Shown in pieces: positions 38,866 to 52,006 of a stretch of DNA of 64,000 bases (position 1 is its first letter; each line of letters opens with the position of its first letter). The notes beneath the pieces were generated by a model, which saw nothing but the letters and a program-made list of their open reading frames with translations, did not search any database and was not told the DNA's origin. Origin of the DNA: Octopus sinensis (taxonomy: Eukaryota); assembly GCF_006345805.1 (NCBI RefSeq), contig NC_043014.1, forward strand, positions 48,484,001-48,548,000, written 5' to 3'. A program made the position numbers and the translations under genes.

Positions 38866-39800
38866 TAAATACAGGTTTGCTGTGCATGGAGTATTTGTGG
38901 GTAACATCATACACGTATAATATAGCTGACAAGTGTTATTGATAGAGGGGGTAGCTGGGTAATAGCAGGGTGGTAGTGTGCGACAGCTGTAGCAATCTGG
39001 CTCCATCCAGTACACACAGGAGTTGATTAAATACACGCGCATGCACACACACACACACACACACACACACGACAGGTGCTCTGATTATCTCTGATATTAG
39101 ACTTAACAATGCGGCTACACTTTTCAGCTGGGTTTCCCTAAGTTCAGCTGTCGCCGGCCGCGCTGCAGAGTGTGGGACACGAGGAAGGGAGGGATGGACG
39201 GAGGAGAGGAGGGAATGTTTAAAGTAGCTTTACACCCTTCCCCTTTTTCTTGCTCCCTACAATCCCTTCAGATTCTATTAATGCAAGCACTGATACCCAC
39301 CTATTGACCACCCATTATATAAATACCATCAGGGAAGTTTCTCCTATCTCACCCCTCTTGCTATTCACGGTTCCTCAACATTTAAACCATTTAGTCATAT
39401 TTTACTTGCTGTTGTTCAATATTAGCAGCAGCAGTAGCAGCTGTCATCGTCGTAGTAGTAGCAGCAGCAGCAGTAGTAAAAGTAGTAGTAGTAGTAGTAT
39501 ATTTCTATAGAATCTCTGATTTGGTTGTTTTAAAATTACTAGCATATAATGTAGCTGTTGTTGTTTAACCTTAGGTCAGCCCTGGTCAAGCATGCCTGGA
39601 TCAGAAAGCATTTGACCGTCACCATACCTCATGCTTAAGGTTATCTAGGACAACATTACCCAGTGTGCCCCTTATGTAAAATAGTAGGGTGTGTATGATT
39701 TGAAGGAGAACTGGCTGGTGTTTCTAGCAGATCAACCGGCCGTCCCTTCTACCCATTCTAGTGGTGGTGGTGGTATACTGGTAGTGATGGTGGTGTAATG

Positions 39801-39841
<41 letters not shown>

Positions 39842-40136
39842 CTGGTGGTGGTGTTTAGTTGCCAGAGATACAGCTATTTATGCTGATGGCAGTAGTTATT
39901 ATGGTGTGTGTGTGTGTATGCACATGTGTGTGTGTGTGTGTGCGCGCGTTGTATTAACAAGGTCACCAACATTACATTTAACACTAGTAATATTGGTAGT
40001 CTTAATAGACACCATATCTCCTTCTCTCCCTCTCTCGCTTGCTTTCGCTCTCTTTGTTTCTCTCTCTCTCCATAGTTGTCAGGACAAACCATAGGAGTGA
40101 CTGTGCTCCTGCTATAATTTGTGTCCTCTCCTAGGC

Positions 40137-40173
<37 letters not shown>

Positions 40174-40309
40174 TGTGTAATCACTCACTACCCCTCTGTC
40201 TGTGTCTGTCTCTCTCTCTCCACTGCTGCTTACAGATTCATGCCTAAGCTGGTGTGTATATATATATATATATATTATATATACATATATACATACATCC
40301 ATATACACC

Positions 40310-40530
40310 CACTATGCTCTCTCTCTCTCCTCTCTCTATCTCTTTCTCTTCTCTCTCTCTCTTCTCTCTCTCTCGGTCTCTCTTCTCTCACTCTTTCTCT
40401 CTCTCTCAGATCCTCTCGTGGTCCCTCTCTCTCTCTCTCTCGATGGCAATTGCTGCCATGGTGGATGGCTGCTTCCCTCACTGTTGTATGTTTATTGTCG
40501 GCGGATCAGATAGTGCAGTGTGTGTGCCTA

Positions 40531-40600
<70 letters not shown>

Positions 40601-40640
40601 GTGTGTGTGTGGTGTGTGTGTGTGTGTGTGAGAGTCTGTC
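40310..40640. repeat. Long (CT)n/(GT)n tract
   Basis: Directly visible. Confidence 0.95.
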
Positions 40641-40822
40641 TGTCTGTATGTGAGTTACATTTCCTCTGCAGTGTGTTGTTGTGTAAAACAATATTTATGT
40701 TTGCTTTCTGCAGCAGGGTTTTATATAAATACTGATTTTGTGTGTGTGAGTGTGGATTAGTAGCTACTGGTCTGGCAGATTTCCTTTGCTTCTGTACTTT
40801 AACACAACACACACACACACAC

Positions 40823-40857
<35 letters not shown>

Positions 40858-41340
40858 ATCTCTAATCTTTCCTCCTCCTCCTCCTCTGCCATATTCCAAA
40901 CATTACACATCACACTGTTTCTTTACCAAAAATGTGTGTCATTTCAATAGTTGGAAGTAAATCTGATTGTCTTCCAGTGTCAATAGCTGATGACTAATTC
41001 CCCTTTTATCACATGGACTATGGAGTTGGTGGTGAGGGGGCCAGAAAGGAAAAAGCAGGGGTTTGAAAAAAAAACAAGAAAAAAAACAGACAAAAATAGT
41101 CAAGCATCATTTTTTTTTTTTTTTTTACTTTAAAAGGGCCTCTTCTAATGTGTTATGGTTTATTAATTATATCACTTGTAGTTTTAAGGGTCAGTCTGTA
41201 ACTTAGCAAAATATTGGTTATATGGGGCGGGGTGCATAACGTTCCAAAATAAAATTGGTGATTATAGAATTTTAGTGTTTAATTTCATTGGCATAATGAA
41301 AGATTCTGTTTTGGGGTAACAAAAATATATACAGACTGCC

Positions 41341-41567
41341 TATTTCTTTACTACCCACAAGGGGCTAAACATAGAGGGGACAAACAAGGACAGACAAACA
41401 GATTAAGTCGATTATATCAACCCCAGTGCGTAACTGGTACTTATTTAATCGACCCTGAAAGGATGAAAGGCAAAGTCGACCTCGGCGGAGTTTGGACTCA
41501 GAACGTAGCAGCAGACGAAATACCGCTAAGCATTTCGCCCGGCGTGCTAACGATTCTGCCAGCTCGC
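41341..41567 (-). mobile_element. SINE family A, full length
   Basis: Consensus match; imperfect TSD cagact(g/a)cc. Confidence 0.9.
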
Positions 41568-41649
41568 AGACTACCATGCACACTCACACATTCACAAATA
41601 TATATCTGTATGTATATGTTACCACGCACATACACACACATGTATTGTA

Positions 41650-42400
41650 TCATATATGTTATAAACTTTCCAACCCCTACAATGTTGTGGCCAATTACTC
41701 CTGCTTTGGCAACATCACCTCTAACATCACATGCTACAGGAGACACAACCTCTGGTACACACCCCAACTTGTAATTGTTGAAATTCTACTAACTGCCCAC
41801 TGGGAGGATCCTGTCTGTCGAGCAATTGTATATGTTATCACACACATACACACACATGTATTGTATCATATATGTTATAAACTTTCCAACCCCTACAATG
41901 TTGTGGCCAATTACTCCTGCTTCAGCAACATCACCTCTAACATCACATGCTACAGGAGACACAACCTCTGGTACACACCCCAACTTGTAATTGTTGAAAT
42001 TCTACTAACTGCCCACTGGGAGGATCCTGTCTGTCGAGCAATTGTCTATAGAACCACCCTCACACCATCCAATGGCATTGCAAGCCACTACCTTCAAGGG
42101 AAGTTATGCACATCATATACACTTCTTCAGTTGTAGGTATAAGGAAAACTCTTCTTCTCTATCCTGTTTTTTTTTTCTGGAAATTCCATGGCCACCAGAG
42201 CAACTTCCCCAGCATCAAATGGATTACCGTTGAAAAAGCCCCTCCATATTCATCTGGAACTCACAATTGCTGATTCTGCCTCCAAAAGAGACTGCACCTA
42301 CTCCACAACCAGTAATATCCCGACATACCACCTTAAGCTTGCCTACTCTGTACTCAAGGGCACAGTACTTAATCCTTGCTGCCCTATAGACTACAGCCCC
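41650..42400 (+). mobile_element. Penelope-like retroelement remnant (linker plus GIY-YIG endonuclease), decayed, with a 216-bp tandem duplication
   Basis: Across frames: NYSCFSNITSNI..HN, TCNC*NSTNCPLGGSCLSS, IVYRTT, ATTFKGSYAHH..F..RYKEN..LS, IKWITVEKAPPYSSGTHNC*FCLQKRLHLL. This is the YSC..N..HN / CNC..CPL.G.CL / TTFK.RY..H / KW.I..KA.PY..C.LCL.EK pattern of Penelope-type C-terminal endonucleases. Confidence 0.8.
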
Positions 42401-42679
42401 ATACATACTGACAATCCTACCTAGCACTACCAAATCCAGTTACTCCTATGGAAAGGCCGTCACCACTATAGTGTTAGTTCTCCACTGATCCACAATGAGT
42501 AGCAGCAAATGCAATGAAATGATGTTGCTAAATAAACAATTCCACAATCTCCAAACATAGCTTACCTACCATATCCTGTACAACCACATAGATATGGATA
42601 AGAACTGATGTGACTTCCATACCAATAAAATTATGTGGCTATACATTCATACATACATATATATATATATAAGCACCCA

Positions 42680-42950
42680 CTACACTCTGAGTGGTTGGCA
42701 TTAGGAAAGGCATCCAGCTGTAAAAACACTGCTAGATCAGATTGGAGCCTGGTACAGCCATCTGGTTCGCCAGCCCTCAGTCAAAATCGTCCAACCCATG
42801 CTAGCATGGAAAGCGGATGTTAAACGATGATGATATATATCATCATTTAACGGCTCCTTCCATGTTCACATAGGCTGGACAGTTTGACAGGAACTGGCAA
42901 GGCCAGGATCCGCATCGAGGCCCCATTGTCTGTTTTGGCAGGTTTTCTAT
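42680..42950. mobile_element. Tail-to-tail pair of family D SINEs (Meta-like GTTGGCATTAGGAAGGGCATCCAGCTGTAAAA domain)
   Basis: Plus copy 42680-42835 and minus copy ~42836-42950, joined at gatgatgatatatatcatcat. Confidence 0.75.
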
Positions 42951-43332
42951 GGCTCCGTCACTTGCAAGTGAATATGACTTGCTGGCTTGTACCACATTTC
43001 TAAAACTGATTTTAGGTCCCTGTGTAGTTGTGAGCAGACATAGGCACCAATCTCAACCCACTCACCCCATAAAGTCAGCAAAAACATCAATGATGTGACA
43101 GGTAGAAAGGGAGAGGGCTACACCAACATTTGGTACATATTTACAGCTGAGTAGACTGGTGTGACACGAAATGAAGTATCTTGTAGGACACAGTGTGTTG
43201 TCCTGTCTTGGAATAAAATCTGTGCCCTTATGAATGTGAGCCCAATACCATAACCCTTTCATATCTCTCTCTTTCTCACACACACACACTTTCTTTTAGC
43301 TGTTCCAGTCATTGGGCTTGAAGGGTTTACTT

Positions 43333-43525
43333 CAGGGGTCCCCAAACTTTTTAGACCATTGACCCCTTCATGGAACCCTTGACCACCTTATTGACCCTCA
43401 GGCATGTAAAGAAAATAGATAAATAATAATAAGTAGATGTGCAGTTTCCAGGCATTTATCAACCCCTTCAATAGTCCCATAGACTCATCCCCAGGGATCA
43501 GTATTGACCACTTAGGGCACCCCTG
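43333..43525. mobile_element. hAT-type MITE nested in a family B SINE remnant
   Basis: TIR CAGGGGTCCCCAAA / TTAGGGCACCCCTG; 8-bp TSD gtttactt/gtttagtt. Confidence 0.75.
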
Positions 43526-44247
43526 GTTTAGTTGAACAAATGGACTCTAGCCTCTTTAATTTTGGTCCTTGTTCTGTTGGTCCCTTTTGCCAAACTGCTA
43601 AAATGTGTGTGTGGGTAAGTGTGTATGTGCATCTGTGTATTTGCATACATGCATGTAAGTGCATGTGTATCTGTGTGCATGCAAGTATGTATGTCATGGT
43701 GTTCCATCATTTTCCTTCTGCAGAGATGAGTTAAATTTATCCGCATCAAGCACCTCTCGCTTCTTGTAGGTGCTCCATTGTCTCTGACCTTGCAGCAAAT
43801 ATAACTATGTCTCAGTACCTTCCACCATCTGTCTCCATTACATATACACACGCCACCACTACCACCACCACTCTACTCAGCAGGTGTTGTCCTTTCACAT
43901 ACCTCTATCAGTACACTTGCCCTCCCCCCCTCCCAGCTGTTTGCTCAGCCTTCCATGCAACTTAACCATATCACATCCAACAGATCGTTCACAGTTCACT
44001 TCTCTAATTTCATTGCACTTCCGTAATCAACTCCTCATCTCTCGTTACCATGCAACATCACACATCTTTCATTTACTTCATTACAGCCTGCTTTTTTTTG
44101 CATGAGAGAGAGAGAGATAGACGACCAGTAATATCTCCTAGAACTTCTTCCAGCTCATTAGCATTATAATTTTCCAGACTATTTAACCTGATCTTTAGAG
44201 GGTATATTTACAATATTTAGACCATTTAGTGTGTGTGTGTATATGTG

Positions 44248-44285
<38 letters not shown>

Positions 44286-44287
<2 letters not shown>

Positions 44288-44518
44288 GGCGGTGAGCTGG
44301 CAGAATCGTTAGCATGCCGGGCGAAATGCTTAGCGGTATTTCGTCTGCCGTTACGTTCTGAGTTCAAATTCCGCCGAAGTTGACTTTGCCTTTCATCCTT
44401 TCGGGGTCGATAAATTAAGTACCAATTACGCACTGGGGTCGATATAATCGACTTAATCTGTTTGTCTGTCCTTGTTTGTCTCCTCTGTGTTTAGCCCCTT
44501 GTGGGTAGTAAAGAAATA
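44286..44518 (+). mobile_element. SINE family A, full length, inserted in (AT)n
   Basis: Consensus match flanked by AT repeats. Confidence 0.9.
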
Positions 44519-44527
44519 TATATATAG

Positions 44528-44637
44528 TTGCAGGTGTGGCTGTGTGATTGAGAAGTTCACTTGGTTTCAGGTTCAGTCTCACTGTGTGGCACTTTGATGT
44601 CTTTTATTATAACCCCAGGTTGACCCAAGGCTCTGGG

Positions 44638-44670
<33 letters not shown>

Positions 44671-45172
44671 AATGGTTTTGACATTGCGTGTTTGTTATAA
44701 ATGAGTTTCACTGTCATAGAAGCAGTGTCATTCATTTCTGGTATTCTGTAAAAATATGTTTGGCCATGGAGGAAATATTACTTTGCTTGGAAAGAGGTGA
44801 AGGTTGATGACCAGAAGGGCATCCAGGTGTAGAATACACCTTACCTTACCCATGCAAGCATGGATAAGGGGATGCTAAAACTATGATGATATTTTTTTAG
44901 ATATACATTATTATATCTCAAAAGACCTGTACTCCACAACAGAATTGTGAAGAGGAATGGCCTGCTAGAATCCTGTTGCCAGTGCCACATAAAAAGTACT
45001 TATGCCGGTGGTACGTTGAAAGTATCCAGCATACACTGTAAAGCGGTTGGCATTAGGAAGAACATCCAGCTGTAAAACCCATGCCAAGTTTGACTAGCCC
45101 TGGTTAAACCATCCAACCCATGCCAGCATGGAAAAAAAACGTTTGATGATGATGATATATATATATATATAA

Positions 45173-45209
<37 letters not shown>

Positions 45210-46050
45210 AATAAACCTCATTTTATTTTATGTTCCAAACATCGGATTAATGATGACTAATTTTACTAAATTTTCCATTATTTTCCAAATTTATTGGAGC
45301 GAAGACAGTGTGCTGCAACAGAAATATAATAACAAAGGGGCTAAAAACAAAAACTGCTGAGTGGTTTCAGTAGAACCCTTTTACAAATATATTTCTGGAT
45401 TGCGACTCACTTGGGATTAAACAACAGCATCTGGAGTGAAACCTTAGCAATTAATAAAGGTGAAAGCCTTTACTCAGTGTGGAATGATTGAATTATCGAT
45501 GTTATTGGGACTGTTTTATCATCATTTAATGTCTATTTTGCATGCTGGTTAGGCAGAAGACTGCACTAGGCTTCACTGTCTGTTTGAGCAAGGTTTTTAC
45601 TGCTGGATGCCCTTCCTAACACCGTATTTATGTATGGTGTTGCTCTGTGCTTAGAAGCTAGGTTCCCAATTACATGGTCTCAAGTTCAGTCCTTCTATGT
45701 GGCACTTTGGGCTAGCATCTTCTTCAATATCCCCAGGCCAGCTGAAGCATTGTAAGTGGATTTGGTAAATGAAAACTGGAAAGAAGCTTGTCGTGTGTGT
45801 GTTTGTGTTGGTTACTGTCTTCCTGTCTTGACATTGCAGCTTCACACGATAGTTGTAAATGTGTGTCACTGTCATACAAGCGACATCCTTAATTTTCAAA
45901 CCTCCATGAAAAGATGTCTTGCCACAGGGAAATATTTGCCTGGCTTGGAAACAGGTGAATGTTGGTATCCAGCCATAGAAAATCTGTCACAACAAATCCT
46001 GTCAAATCCATGCGATCATGGAAAAGTGGGTATTAAAATGATGATGATGA
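44528..46050. mobile_element. Cluster of family B and D SINE remnants
   Basis: B heads at ~44530 and 45645; D domains/tails at ~44760-44890, 45040-45155, 45520-45625(-) and 45910-46050. Confidence 0.6.
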
Positions 46051-47563
46051 TTTTGTGCATGTGTACATTCGTGCACACACAACCAGAACACACTAAAAGT
46101 TGCTTCCCTGTGAGATCAAAGGTCAGCTATAAACAAGGTTAGGGATTAAATAACAAGTTTAAGTGTGTCTTGGGAAGATAGAGATCGGAAGAAAAGATGT
46201 AGATTTTTTTTTTTTTTGTATTTCCTTATTTCTTAAAAAGTGTTAATAGTAAACCTGTTCAAACCATTACTTGTCTCACTCCATTTTGCTATTTTTGTCT
46301 CTTAATATTTGTGTTTGATAGCAGCTTTGTAATATATATATATATATGTAAATGCACATTTCTGTGCAGATGCAAAAGCACAAAGCAGATAAAGATTCAC
46401 TGCACATTTTCCCACCCAGCAACTTCCTCTCTTGAAATGCACTTGTCTAACATGGAAATATTCAAATGTATATGCGCTTATATTGAAGGGGACACCCACA
46501 TAGATATATAAACGCACATCTATATAAACACATGCACACGTACAGCTGTTGACATGGTAGTGCACCTGCTCTATTATATGCACCTCTTTCTCTCCCCCTG
46601 TTAATAACTAATCTTTTCTTTCAAGGGAAGAGAAACACACAGACAGACGGTATGTTTAAGCCAACTTCATGGATGTTTGTTGAGCTTCAGGATATTAAGA
46701 TCCTCATGATTAATCATTAATTTTAAAAAAACTCTCAATGATGGGGTTTTATATTTCTAGGTTTAAGTTTTGCCCAGGTAATAAATATAGACCAGGTTAA
46801 AGTTGCAGTATCCTGCTTAACTTCTGCAGAATTCCTCTTGCAAGTATAAGGAATGGTGTGGTTTGTGATATCCTACTTTCACATCCTTCTATTATTTCTC
46901 TATGGTTTTGTTGGGTCACTGGTCGTCTCCCTCTCCCTGTCTTTAGAATTTCTATGGTAAGCTTCAATACAGCCACATGCAAGCTGTAGCTTGTGGCATT
47001 TTCTGAATGGTTATGCCTAACAGAGAATTACATAGACTTCTTTTAGTAGTGTGGCCTGTTTGATGATGAGCTATGTCTCATGCTGCCAGCTTCTCAAATG
47101 AAAGTTGCCCGTGCCTTCTTGAATAGCTGTCAGTTTGTGTAATGAGGAAGAAGAGCATTTGAAACAGGTGTTAACAGCATTGATCAGAAATTGCAGTAAA
47201 TCTTTGCAGGTGGATGCTAATGTTGGTATTCACTCTAAGGAGGTGTGTGTGTGTATTGCGATATTCATTCATCAAAGTGAAATTAAGTCAACAGAAACTG
47301 AATGAAACTTTGTTGGGTGGATTTTTTTTTTACCTAAGTCAGTCGCAACTGTGTTACACACTGTAGCATCTTGATTACTGATAGTACCCAAGGATTGTAT
47401 CAATGAACACCTGTATTTGAAGAATTATCTGCTACATTTACCATAATTTCGCTGGGTAGGTGAAACAACTGGGATACATGGAACCACATGTGTTCACTCA
47501 CTCATTCATTCGTTCATTCATGTTTTGCCATTGTTGATGGAGCTGTAAGGAAATTGAACTATT

Positions 47564-47601
<38 letters not shown>

Positions 47602-47950
47602 TTATCTCCATCTCTCTCATATTTGTCACCCATGCCATCATGCAAGGTAGACATTAAACGATGATGATGATCATCATCATCATTGTTTGGTGCCTTCTTT
47701 TCCATGCTTGCATCGGTTGGATGTAAATTTTTTTAGGCAGATTTTCTGTGGCCTGATGCCCTTTCTTTCACCAACTCTCCTCTATTTCCTAGAAAGTATT
47801 TCCTTGTCTTGGCATTACGTGATATCTGCAAACGGGTGCCACTGTCATACAGTGGTCTCCTTTGTTTCCAGTCTACCATGAAAACACATTCAGTCATGGA
47901 GAATGGCACCTGTTTGCAGCTATCACGTAATGCCAAGACAAGGAAATACC

Positions 47951-48184
47951 TATTTCTTTATTACCCACAAGGGGCTAAACACAGAGGGGACAAACAAGGA
48001 CAGACATAGGTATTAAGTCGATTACATCAACCCCAGTGCGTAACTGGTACTTAATTTATCGACCCCGAAAGGATGAAAGGCAAAGTCGACCTCAGCGGAA
48101 TTTGAACTCACAACGTAACGCAGACGAAATACCGCTAAGCATTTCGCCTGGCATGCTAACGTTTCTGCCAGCTCGCTGCCTTTT
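47951..48184 (-). mobile_element. SINE family A, full length, with 10-bp TSD
   Basis: TSD aggaaatacc at 47941-47950 and 48185-48194. Confidence 0.92.
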
Positions 48185-48544
48185 AGGAAATACCATCTCA
48201 CACACACACACACTCAACTGGTTTCTTTCAGTTTCCATCTACCAAATCAACTCGCATGGCTATAGATGTGTGTGTGTATGTGTGTGACAAGGTGAGTTGG
48301 CAGTGGTGTGCCAGACTACCTTGGGATATCTGTTTCAACTATTGGCTTTGATTTCAAATCCAACCAAAGTAAATGTTACCTTTCATCTGTGGCAGGGTGA
48401 GGGTGGCTGATTTAAAAAAAAAGTTCCACTCCAGTATTGAGTCTGAGTTTTCTCTTTCACTTTCTGTTTAGGCTTGAGAAGGTATGGGTTGTGCCAGGTT
48501 TAACATCTCTAAGACACCTATAAACTTTGCCTTTCATCATCATC

Positions 48545-48812
48545 ATCATCGTTTAACGTCCGTTCTAGCATGGGTTTGACCGGGGATCTGGGAAGCCAGA
48601 AGGCTGCACTAGGCTCCAGTCTTATCTGGCAGTGTTTCTACAGCTGGATGCCCTTCCTAATACCAACCTCTCCGTGAGTGTAGTGGGTGCTTTTTACGTA
48701 CCACCTGCACAGGTGCCAGGCGACGCACTGGGGTTGATGTAATTGGCTTAATCCCTTTGTCTGTCCTTGTTTGTCCCCTCTATGTTTAGCCCCTTGTGGG
48801 CAATAAAGAAAT
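48545..48812. mobile_element. Family D SINE (-) fused to a family A 3' fragment (+)
   Basis: D minus 48545-48720; A 3' half 48724-48812. Confidence 0.7.
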
Positions 48813-49804
48813 CAGATAGTTGATTATTTAAAAAATTAATTGAACAAGCATATTTCATTAAAATGCTTGTAATGGAAGGGTTGAAAGTTTCTCAGTTGGG
48901 GTGGTCTCCTTCAACCTCACTGCTTTGGTTAGGATTGAATTCACAATTCCAGGTGAATTCAATTCATAATCACATTCAATAGCATTTATTGTTCTTGTAG
49001 CTGTTGTTAAGATGAAGATTTTTATTACCATTTAAGCCAAAATTATTCAATTGGAACCATTTACACCTCTAACTTGCCAAGAACTGTAGGATATTCTGGC
49101 ATACAATTATACAGATCTTGTAGAGTAATTAGCAAATAGTAGTTGTAGCAGCATCAGTAGTTGTATCAGGAGTAGTAGTAGTTGTAGCAGCAGTAGTAGT
49201 AGCAGCAGCAGTGATTTTAGTAACAACAATTCTAGCAACTGTTTTCGAAGGTACGCACAAGGCCTGAAAATTTGAGTGGAAAAGGTTAGTCAATTAAATC
49301 GATGCCTTTACCCTACTCATAATTGACACCCTTCACTTTCCAGGAGAGTATAAAGGGCAATGTTAGCTTCAGTGTGATTTGATCTCAGGACATAGCCTGA
49401 ACAAATATCACGCAACATTAATAATAATAATAATAATAATGTATACTAATGTAACCACGAGGAATGGTATCTATTTACAGCTGGGTAAACTTAGCCAATT
49501 AAGAGTTTAACATCATTTAGGCTTGGACAATGGCATATAAAAGTACTTCATCATCAGCTTTGTAGTGAGTTGGTTAGAACCAATTCAACCTATCCAGTTG
49601 CAGATTTCTTCAAATATGCAAGAGTGCAAAGGGTCATTCTAACCATTCTAACTGGGGTCACCAGTTTTTTGGTGTAGCTGACACCAACTGCTTGCATGAT
49701 AATTTAGCTTTTATTCTAACTCCTCAGTTTCGGATAAGCAAACAAATCAGATTCCCTTGTTGAATGACTATTACTATTATTCTTCTTCTTATTATTATTA
49801 TTAT

Positions 49805-50510
49805 AGCGACAAGCTGACAGAATCGTTAGCATGCCGAGCAAATTGCTTAGTGGCAGTTTTTCTGATTTTATGTTCTGAGTTCAAATTCTGCTGGAGTCGA
49901 CTTTGCCTTTCATCCTTTCAGGGTCAATAAATTTAGTAGCAGTGAAACACTAGAGTCAATACAATCAACTAGCCACCTCTCCCATTTCAGGCCTTGTGCC
50001 TAAGTAGAAAAGCTTGTTATTGTTATCAAGAAGAAGGGAGCAAGCTGGTAGAATCATTAGGATGTCCAATAAAATGTTTAGTGGCATTTCCTCCAGCTCT
50101 TTAGATTCTGGTATCAAATTCCACTGAGGTCAATTGTATCTGTCATCATTCCAGAGTCAACAAAATAAGTAACAGTCAAGTGCTAGGGTTGATGTAATTG
50201 GCTTTCCCTCCCTCCCCTCGAAAATTGCTGGCCTAGTACCAAAATTAGAAGGAATTATTATTATGATCGTCATTATCGTCAACAAAGCAGTGGTGAACTT
50301 ACAGAGTCATTAGTAAGTCGGACAAAATACATAGCATTTCCTCCAGCAATTTATGTCCTGGGTTCAAATTCAACTGAGCTCAACTTCACCTTTCATCCTT
50401 TTGGGGGTCGTTAAAATAAGTCCCAGTTGAGCACTGGGGTTGATGTACTCAACTTACACTCTCCTTTAAAAGTGTCAGGTTTTGTGTCAAAATTTGATGC
50501 CCTTATTGCT
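49805..50510 (+). mobile_element. Tandem cluster of 3-4 older family A SINEs (A2 tail)
   Basis: Repeated heads at ~49805, 50058 and 50290, each ending aggccttgtgcc..attattatt. Confidence 0.75.
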
Positions 50511-50689
50511 GTTGTTGTTGTTGTTGTTTTGTCTCTGTCCATTATATTTGACACACTCTAAACAAACTAACATATTTACCTGTGATTTTGACATTGTTAT
50601 ATTTGCTCTTTTGAATGTCAGCAATAGATGGCATTGGTTGCTAATATAAGCATCATGTTCTCCTTAAATGTTAGGGGGATGTGTGTGTT

Positions 50690-50732
<43 letters not shown>

Positions 50733-50942
50733 CTTAGTTTTGGAAATTCTGTATCTGTGTGTGTATTTAAATCAGTTGATGTATGTATGAATGTGTATAT
50801 AATGACACAGACATAGAGTGTGTGTTGTTACATTAGCAAACTTTTTTCATAGAACAAAACAAGAAAAGCTAAAGCTTGCAGGGCAGTTTAGTTTTACAAG
50901 GAAAATTCTGTGTAGTGTTGATGGGGGGGGGGGGATCTATAT

Positions 50943-51172
50943 ATTTCTTTACTACCCACAAGGGGCTAAACATAGAGGGGACAAACAAGGACAGACAAAC
51001 GGATTAAGTCGATTACATCGACCCCAGTGCGTAACTGGTACTTAATTTATCGACCCCCGAAAGGATGAAAGGTAAAGTCGACCTCGGCGGAATTTGAACT
51101 CGGAACGTAACGACAGACGAAATACTGCTATGAATTTCACCTGGCGTGCTAACGTTTCTACCAGCTCGCCGC
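50943..51172 (-). mobile_element. SINE family A, full length
   Basis: Consensus match. Confidence 0.9.
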
Positions 51173-51799
51173 TGGGGGGGATGTATAAGCAGCATTATAG
51201 GATTATCCAAACCCCAGCCTCCAACCCTTGCAACACCAATTGTGTGTGTGTATGTGTGTATGCTTAAGTATTAGCTCAAACGACAAAGATTCTTATGATA
51301 TAAATGTGAAAAGCATATTTGCTTGTGTAATTACTGTAGTTTTAGGTTGAGGATCAGGCGTAACAAACTGAATTTTTTGTGACAGAGATTAAAATATGTC
51401 TTAATGGTGTTAATAGAAGAGAGAAAGGAGTTGGGGATTACTGCAGTTAATTAAGGGTTTTACTGTGATAGGGAATAATAAGAAGAAAATGCAAACAACT
51501 GGAGAACTTTTTAAAGTGTAAACAATCTGTTGTTATAATTTAGACACCTGTAGCCTGTGTATAGTAATTACAGGTAAACACATTTGAGATTTGCTGGTGG
51601 AGACAATGTTTGTAATTACTGGTACCAATATTTCTGATGTTGAAAAAGCAGTATTTGCATGAATTCACAAACTAGGGAACCAGCATCTACCAGCAGAGCT
51701 AACTCACCTGTCACCTACATTGGCCCTCATATACACTTACCTGCATACCTACCTATCCAATTTACACTTGTCTACTTACACATCTACCAGTCAACTCAT

Positions 51800-52006
51800 T
51801 AACCATATTTTTTTTTTTTTTTGTTTCAATTAATTTGAAATTAATCAAGAATTTGGAGGGATTTAATCAAATTTCCTTTTCATTAAGTTAGTGTCTGGAA
51901 ACAGCTTAAATTAATGAAAAACTCTTATCTCTAATTATAAGTTTTAATCAAAATATTATTTTGAAATAGAAGTATCAGGTGACCAGGTGGGTTGGTATTA
52001 AAAGGG
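51800..52006. mobile_element. Degraded piggyBac-type MITE family 2
   Basis: Ends gggttggtattaaaaggg|ttaa; interior similar to 63198-63417. Confidence 0.5.

Noticed and set aside
41770-42275. In-frame TGA codons next to Cys in the Penelope remnant as possible selenocysteine (as in Naiad PLEs)
   Set aside because: Both TGAs fall where Arg is expected (CNCR, CRLC), consistent with CGA>TGA CpG decay. The element is also frameshifted and has the C-terminal EN layout.
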